Below are positions 55,857 to 64,000 of a stretch of 64,000 nucleotides of DNA, piece after piece. The notes below the pieces were generated by a model. The model had not been told where the DNA came from. It saw only the letters and a list, made by a program, of their open reading frames with translations, and did no database searches. The stretch is from Octopus vulgaris (taxonomy: Eukaryota), in assembly GCA_951406725.2 (NCBI GenBank), contig OX597816.1, forward strand, positions 14,322,001-14,386,000. Reading direction: 5' to 3'. Both the position numbers and the translations under genes were made by a program. Each line of letters opens with the position of its first letter. The first letter of the stretch is position 1.

Positions 55857-56772
55857 ACCACCTGAAAGAAGATTGTGTACCGATGTTAGCGTATATAACG
55901 CAGTGATAAGATGTTCGGTTTACATTGCATTTTATGTTACGAGCTGGGGAGGCTGCTCATGCAGTTTCAAATTTTGATACAAGGCCAGCAATTTCAGGGG
56001 AGGTGTGAGTCGATTCTGTCGATCCCGAAAAGATGAAAGGCAAAGTCGACCTCGGCTGCATTTGAAGCAACGATTCTGCTAGCTCACCGCCTTCATAAAA
56101 CATAATAACAGCACTGTTGTGTTACCAAATATTGTGTCTCTGGATTCGTTTGTGGTTCATTGATGGAAGCTATAAATACAGTCCAAGACATCCAATGAAA
56201 TTTGCTTGGTTTCGCAAGTAAACAGAAATATAGATACAGCCTAATAACAAATTGGACTTAATTCACATGTTCTTTCTTAAAAAGAGAAAGCAGAAGGCAT
56301 GAATCTACATGTGACGTGTAGCATCTTGTAGATGGTACAGCGGTTAAGAACTTTGAAAGATGTGTGTTAGAAAACAATATGCAGAGTTCAAATAAACAAA
56401 GAGAATTGTGAAATATACGTAACTTGAAATAAGAGACTCGAACATGAATAAAACTGAGCCGATCGAAATCTGGCATGGAAAAAAGGTCAAAAATACGATA
56501 ATTAAGGGTTAGTGTTTGGTTTCTGCTTACCAGTTTAATGGTTAAATAACGGGTCTCGTTCTCAGTTGTTGACAGCCTCGATCCATTATCTCTATTATAA
56601 ATTATTTTCCTACGCCATCTCGCAAAGATCATGTTAGGTTCTTAGACGGTTCTCTCCCCAAGATCCCAAGTTCAGCCATACTTTGCTCCAGATGGGTTGG
56701 TATGTATCCTGTTGGGTATGAAATGGGTATGAAACTAAAAGTGTCTTGAGTATGTATGTATGTATGTATGTG

Positions 56773-57090
56773 AAGGCACATAGCTTAGTGGTTAGGGGCA
56801 TTCGACTTACGATCGTAAGGTCGTGAGTTCAATTCCTGGCGATGTGTTGTGTCCTTGAGCAAAACACTTTATTTCACGTTGCTCCAGTTCACTCAGCAGG
56901 CAAAAATGAGTAGCACCTGTATTTCAAAGGGCCAGTCTTGTCACATTCTGTGTTATACCGAATCTACCTGAGAACTACATTAAGGGTACATGTGTCTGTG
57001 GAGTGCTCAACCACTTGCAAGTTAATTTCACGAGCAAGCTCTTCTGTTGATTGTATCGGCTGGGACCCGCGTCGTCCTAACCGACAGAAT
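56773..57090 (+). mobile_element. Family-C SINE with alternative tRNA head and CORE-like box
   Basis: tagcttagtggttagg...gtgagttcaattcc, gtgtccttgagcaaaacacttta, then the shared family-C 3' body. Confidence 0.8.
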
Positions 57091-57490
57091 GCTCCTTTAT
57101 GTATGTACGTACGTACGTACGTATATGTATGAACATACACACAACTTACACATGCACAGAAACATATACACACACCGAACACAAAGCCAGAGACCAGACA
57201 CCTAGAGTCACGTTGACTGTTCGACTTGTTTTTAAAGATTCAATTAGTAAATTATTTTGTGATGCATGAGTTTATCTGACAAACTGAACTTATATTCTAT
57301 TCACGTAGGATTTACCAGATGGAACCACACATTAATGGGACACTTCTAATTTGATCATATTCATCATTAGCCTTATTCCCAACAGAGAATTGTTTCCAAA
57401 GAAACCAGAAGTATTAGATATACATACATACAGCCACACATATTTACACACATAAATATACATATGTATTATATATATATGTATATATTA

Positions 57491-57745
57491 TATTATATTA
57501 AATTAGAGATACAACCACTATTAGGCAAATCAAACAGTGAAAATCATAAGCCAATACATAGAAATATAATTAATTAAAAAATATAAAAAATATAAAATAT
57601 AAAAATCCAATTAAAATATTTGAATTAAAGTTAAATTTTTTTTTAAATAATTTAAATTAATAAATTAAACTTATTTATGTATTGGCTTATGATTTTCACT
57701 GTTTGATTTGCCTAATAGTGGTTTTATCTCTAATTTAATATAATA
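57491..57745. repeat. Long inverted repeat, 70-bp arms (57491-57560 / 57676-57745), AT-rich spacer
   Basis: aattagagatacaaccactattaggcaaatcaaacagtgaaaatcataagccaatacata vs its reverse complement with 1 mismatch. The right arm continues into sequence shared with 37981-38093. Confidence 0.95.
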
Positions 57746-57822
57746 TATATTTATACTATAAAATTAGTTTTAATCCTAAATCTAATTTTTCCCTGTAAGT
57801 TTGGATTTACTCCCTAATATTT

Positions 57823-57889
<67 letters not shown>

Positions 57890-58414
57890 CATTTATATAT
57901 ATATATATATGTGTGTGTGTATATATAGATATGTGTATATATATGATACATATATATTAATTGTATACATATGTATATATCATACATATATTAATTATAT
58001 ATATATATTGTTACACACACACACACACACACACACATATTCTTTTCTACTCTAGGCACAAGGCCCAAAATTTTGGGGAAGGTGGCCAGTCGATTAGATC
58101 GACCTCAGTACATAACTGGTACTTAATTTATCGACAACCGAAAAGATGAAAAGCAAAGTCGACCACGGTGGAATTTGAAAGATATATATATATATATTGT
58201 ATGTATAATGTATGTGTAAATGCTTATGTATGTTCGTATACAGGTATACATGTAAGTGGATTTATATTTCCATGCGACGTCTATTTGTTATTTCTCTTCC
58301 TTTCTCTCCCTTTCGTCCCCCTCTCTCTCTCTCCTTCCCTCTCTAATAGTTCCCTCCGTGCTGCTATCTGTGAAGCTTTACTATAGCGTCGTATATTATC
58401 GACTGCTATTTACA

Positions 58415-58988
58415 GTAAATAATGTAAGCACAACAGACCTGATGTGATGATTTGGGATAGAGAAGAGAAACTGTGCACAGTTGTAGAAATTAGCTGCCCA
58501 ACGGATGTTAACATAAAGCTGAAGATCAGTGAAAAAGAGAACACTTATGCTGAATTGAGAAATCTGCAGTTACTCTATCCAGATCAGAAGCTCAGGTTTA
58601 TACCCTTAAATATTGGGGTAACGCACTGTCTGGATACCAATCTTGAGAAAGTAGGCTTCTCAAAACCAGAAAGGAGAAAGTTGATTCGAAGACTACAGAT
58701 CCAATTCATCATTGGTACTGTAAAAGTCTGTAAAACTTTCCAGAAGTTAATCATTTAAATATATATGAGCATGTCTAAATATGCAACTATATGCATGAGT
58801 ATACATACATAAAACATACAAATCTGCACATATACATACAATACATAAATACATACATACATACATATATACATACATAGAAAAATACCCTGCTGATGAT
58901 GCTGAAATTCCAATGAAGGCGACTTGGATCTAGGTTAGAAACTGGCACTTTATTGCCAAGAAATCTTGAAATATAACTGAATAATGAT
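58415..58988 (+). mobile_element. R4/Dong-like RLE retrotransposon 3' end, copy 2
   Basis: CKHNRPDVMIWDREEKLCTVVEISCP...EKENTY is the PD-(D/E)xK restriction-like endonuclease core; same 3' UTR as 32846-33357, then (CATA)n. Confidence 0.85.
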
Positions 58989-59573
58989 GTACATACATGC
59001 ATACATATATACATACACACATACATACATACATACATACATACATACATACATACATACATACATACATACACATGCGTTTATGCTCTCGAACGTAAAA
59101 AGAAAACAGTGCAAGCAATACATCAATACATGAAATACTATCTGTATTTTTTTGGCAAACAGTCAGTCATTCACTCAAAATCTTCACATGCGGTATATGG
59201 GTTTGACCTGTCAAACTACATTACGAATAAATGCGAAAAATCTGTATGATATTTACTTGAAGATGATTAAAAAGCTTTCTGCGTTCTTGTGATGCAAGGG
59301 GAAAGCGACTCAGTTTATAGATATTGCTTGTCAAGGATAATTACTCCAAGAGGCAGTATAGAACTGATTAAAACCGATGTTTATGAAATTTTCAAGAAGA
59401 ATTTTCTCTAGTGTAGGCAGCTGCACAATATCTCCGAACATTGATTAAATGCTATCATAGGTTGTTTTACGTTCTGGATCTTCTCAGTTAAGCAAAGCAT
59501 ACAGCTCCGTGAGCAGTTAAAGCATGGTGTGTTTCTATCATTGATCTTTCATGCTTTTGATGGACATGCTTTA

Positions 59574-59735
59574 GACGCAGGAGTGGCTGTGTGGTCGGTA
59601 GCTTGCTTGCCAACCACATGGCTCGGGTTCAGTCCCACTGCGTGTCTCCTTGGGCAAGTGTCTTCTACTATAGCCTCGAACCGACCAAAGCCTTGTGAGT
59701 GGATTTGGTAGACGGAAACTGAAAGAAGCCCGTCG

Positions 59736-59812
<77 letters not shown>

Positions 59813-60032
59813 TTGTGTATGTTTGTGTGTCTGTGTTTGTCCCCCAACATTGCTTGACAATCGATGCTGGTGTGTTTACATCCCCGTAACTTAGCGGTTC
59901 GGCAAAAGAGACCAATAGAATAAGTACTAGGCTTACAAAGAATAAGTCCTGGGGTCGATTTGCTCGACAAAAGGCAGTGCTCCAGCATGGCCGCAGTCAA
60001 ATGACTGAAGAAGCAAGTAAAAGATTAAAAGA
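59574..60032 (+). mobile_element. Family-A SINE, full length
   Basis: Complete consensus. Confidence 0.92.
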
Positions 60033-60220
60033 GCATATCAGTCCTTGGTCCACGAGTTTCCAAAATGAATAGTAACAAAAATGATGAATTTTCTTTTATC
60101 TTTGATATGATTGTGTGGATAATAAGATGTAAAACAGCTTTTGAGAAGTTCAAAGACCTGAATAATTCCTTTCTTTTTTGGTGTCCGGTAGTGTTATGGT
60201 CGCTTGGTATACACCTTTAC

Positions 60221-60455
60221 AAGGCGGCGAGCTGGCAGAAGCGTTAACACGCCGGGCGAAATGCGTAGCCGTATTTCGTCTGCCGTTACGTTGTGAGTTC
60301 AAATTCTGCCGAGGTCGACTTTGCTTTTCATCCTTTCGGGGTCGATAAATTAAGCACCAGTTACGTACTTGGGGTCGATGTAATCTACTTAATACCTATG
60401 TCTGTCTTTGTTTGTCCCCTCTATGTTTAGCCCCTCGTGGGTAATAAAGAAATAG
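60221..60455 (+). mobile_element. Family-B SINE, full length
   Basis: Complete consensus; ggtatacaccttt occurs on both sides, a likely target-site duplication. Confidence 0.9.
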
Positions 60456-60796
60456 GTATACACCTTTTTCAGAGAATCAAAATCCGTTCGGCTGACATGT
60501 AAATAGATTTCAATAGGGCAATGCCAGTCTGGAGCTCTAACAACGATTGCATTAATCTTCCGACCCTGCCTGGTACTTTTGTTACGGACGTTGGATGTAG
60601 GAAAGGCAGTATTGTATCGCCCTCCATGGAATTTTAACGCAAAGTAGGGTGAGTAGGGACAAATATCGCAAAGCCGTCTATTCAAACCTTTAACAACTCC
60701 GCGAATTGGTCTCTCTTACATACATACGAATACTTACACATATACGTGGCGTACATGTATGTATGTGTATATGTCTGTGTGTGTGCGTGTGTACAT

Positions 60797-60837
<41 letters not shown>

Positions 60838-61072
60838 GTGTAAAGGATAAATAAACAAAGTTCGAATTCAGTAGTAGGTCCCACACTCCACCCCTGTTTC
60901 CAGTACGGTACACTGACAAGTTGAATTATCAAGTTTATATAATGTTTCAACAAGCAATTACATGATCCAAGCGGTAATTTGTTGAAATGCATATATGGTT
61001 TATAACACATAAAATACATTATGAGCTTTCTGCATTTTATTAAATCTCTCTCTCTCTCTCTCTTTCTCTCTC

Positions 61073-61134
<62 letters not shown>

Positions 61135-61644
61135 CACATACATATGTATGCATATATATGTATAAATATATATATATATGTATATGTATATTTGTATATG
61201 TATAATTATATGTATATATGTATATATATATATATATGTATATGTATGTATTTATATGTATATCAGTTGAAGCAATGTGTTATTTGTTAAGATATGTTAA
61301 CAAGTATACTATACTTTGCGATAAACCTCGATTCGGTGTAAACAAATATATCAATATTCATCGCTGCGGTATGTTGTAGAAATATTTCAGAAAATCTTAC
61401 ACGTTTATCTTAAAAACAAGATAGTATCCTAGTCAGGCAAAATAAGCAGGTGTTTAAAGCACTGAGTGCAGGACCAACCACAGTGGTTTTTCATGATCTT
61501 CTAGTTTTGTATTTACCATGGTACGTGTAGCAACAATTAGCGGTGAGCTGGTAGAGTCGTTAGCACGTTGGACAAGATGCTCAGCGACATTTCTTCCGGT
61601 TCTTTACTTTTGGAGTTCAAATTCAGTATATTGAGAGACGTAGT

Positions 61645-61915
61645 GAACTCCGACCAATGAATTCACCACGTACCTCACGAATGCTTGCCCCACTGAGAGA
61701 GCAAGCGCGTTGGGTAGCGTAGATGCCGGAGCCGTAGTCTTCATTCGTTGTTGAGGTGTAGAGGTCATGCTCGGAGGTTCTATTTTGAGGGACATGGTGA
61801 ACTCCAGCCAAGGAGTTCACCACGTACCTTACAAATGCCTGCCCCACGCGTCTGATAGCGTGGATGCCGTAGTCTTCATTCGTTTTGAGGTGTAGAGGTC
61901 ATGCTCGGAGGTTCT
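61645..61915. repeat. GC-rich two-copy tandem repeat inside a split family-B SINE (61540-62035)
   Basis: gttcaccacgtacct..c.aatgc.tgcccca and gccgtagtcttcattcgtt...gaggtgtagaggtcatgctcggaggttct occur twice (61645-61781, 61797-61915). Confidence 0.8.
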
Positions 61916-62224
61916 GTGGGAATACATGCTCATATGTGGTCCCAGCACACATGCACTTTCATCTCTACAAGATCGATAAAATAAGCAGCCAGTGAAATAC
62001 AGCGATTAATGTAATCGACCTGTCTCCTCCCCTTATGATTGTCGAACCCTGCAACGCAGCGGGCTCCCGTTCAGTGGGAATGTTTTGATCTCAGTTATTT
62101 ATGACCAAGTTCTTTTGATCTATGTATCTTTTATGTTTTATGTGTAAGTGTATGCGCGTGCATGTTTCTGTGTGAGTGTGTGAGTTGGCAGAAACGTTAG
62201 CGTTATTTCGTCTGTCTTTTCCAT

Positions 62225-62390
62225 AGGCGCAGGAGTGGCTGTGTGGTAAGTAGCTTGCTTACCAACCACATGGTTCCGGTTTCAGTCCTACTGCATGGCA
62301 TCTTGGGCAAGTGTGTTCTACTATAGTCTCGGGCCTACCAATGCCTTGTGAGTGGATTTGGTAGACGGAAACTGAAGGAAGCCCGTCGTG

Positions 62391-62462
<72 letters not shown>

Positions 62463-62662
62463 GTGTCTGTGTGTGTTTGTGTATCTGTGTTTGTCGCCCC
62501 AACATCACTTGACAACCGATGCTGGTGTGTTTACGTCCCCGTAACATAGCGGTTCGGCAAAAGAGACCGGTAGAATAAGTACTAGGCTTCCAAAGAATAA
62601 ACCCTGCGGTGCTCCAGCATGACCACAGTCAAATGACTGAAACAAGTAAAAGAGTAAAAGAG
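62225..62662 (+). mobile_element. Family-A SINE, full length
   Basis: Complete consensus with a small 3' deletion. Confidence 0.92.
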
Positions 62663-63205
62663 ATTCAATAAGTTGTTTAATTTTTTTCAGTTTTCATATT
62701 TATTAACTTTTTTCATTCTTTTATTTTATTGAGGGTTAAACAATATTTTTAGTTGAGGGAGAGAACAAAAAGTACCGATATGTCTCTTAAAACGGAGGCA
62801 GATAACCCAATTTTTTAAAGGGGGTGTGGTGAGATAACTAAAAAGTACCCGTTTTTGTAAGAATTGGCCCATTTCAAGACTAAATTCTTAATCCATTATC
62901 TCACATATAGCATATATCTTAAAAAGTTTTATTAGTGAGTCAATTTAGAATGAAGTCAATGACTCGGCGGGGTGCTTCGTTATTGGTCTGTTGGACTAAG
63001 GATTTAAGATATTAGCAGAGTAGTAAGTCTTAATCCTGACCTGAATCGTAGAGTTGTTTGTAAAGTGTTAATTAGCCAACATCTGGCGAGAGGTGAAATA
63101 GATATCGACTGAAAGCACAGCGTATAAATTTTTGATACAAGTCAGCAAAGGATATTAAGGAAAAACAGTGAGAGATGAAGAGAAAGAAGAAAGAAATTAG
63201 GTGCG

Positions 63206-63254
<49 letters not shown>

Positions 63255-64000
63255 ACACGCACGCACGCACGCACTTAGACAGGGTGAAAGGAGAAGAGAA
63301 GGGAGCTGAAAGATGACCAGGTGGAAAGAATAAATAAATACATAAATTAGAGGGAGATAAATCCATTTAGACAGTAGGTGGCATCCGTGCATCGCACACG
63401 GCTCTCTCTGCTTGTTTTGCAGTTATGGTCGTAGTTTTTGTTATTTATTATTGGTATTTGTTTGGTTTTATTTTTTCGTATGTTTATTATTTTGTTCTTT
63501 TAGTATTTTTTTGTTTTTTTGGTAACAGCTGTTAGTATATTAGCAGAGGAAGGCTTGTTGTAATGCGAGTAAGTATAGCGGCAGTTTGTCAGTAGCTAGA
63601 GCGGGAGATAGTGGTAGTACGTTAATGGTGGTGGTGGCGGTGGTGGCGATAGTGTTGTTGTTGTTGTTGGTGGTGGTGGTGTTGATGGTGATGGTATGTT
63701 ATTTGCAGTGTGGTGTGGTGTGGTGGTGGTGGTAGTGGTGGTGGTGGTGGTACGCTTGCGATGTTGGTAGTAGTTTGTAGACGATGTGGTAAAGTTAATA
63801 CAGGTAACTTACTTCTGAACGCCATATGATGAACATATAAGGAAAACATAAAGGCTATAGCACACACACACACGCACACGAACGAGTGCGCGCTCACACA
63901 CACACACACACAGACGCACAGACACACACACAGACAGGCACATACACACACACACACACACACACAGTGCAAGAAAGTCAGAGAAGACTAGAAGTAATGC

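Overview
Eukaryotic, AT-rich, microsatellite-saturated animal DNA. The tRNA-derived SINE families and repeat density suggest an octopus or other coleoid cephalopod (inference only). There is one clear host coding segment: a giant exon at 21168-25745 (+, 1526 codons, ending at a phase-0 GT donor) of a SOGA/MTCL1-family coiled-coil gene. It is preceded by about 1200 aa of Thr/Ser/Pro/Ala-rich low complexity and an N-terminal C-x2-F...C-x2-C...H motif like those of PEAK1/Pragmin and MPRIP. No further coding exon is recognisable in the remaining ~38 kb, so that stretch is probably intron. The rest is transposon debris: a defective mariner with intact TIRs, Tc1/mariner, Tigger-like and hAT MITEs, RTE, R4/Dong and Penelope-like remnants, three SINE families (A, B, C; about 40 copies) and simple repeats. 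The most interesting non-annotated signals are: (i) a dispersed ~190-bp non-coding element carrying a minimal hammerhead-ribozyme fold, canonical in one copy and with a recurrent A6U core variant in four, always abutting TA/CATA microsatellites; (ii) RLE-type retrotransposon tails embedded in (CATA)n and (TAA)n arrays; (iii) several near-perfect long inverted repeats in the intron; (iv) a candidate alternative 5' exon ending ATG-CGA|GT. Almost all other ORFs in the track are microsatellite or SINE artefacts. Repeat coordinates were read by eye and may be off by a few bases.
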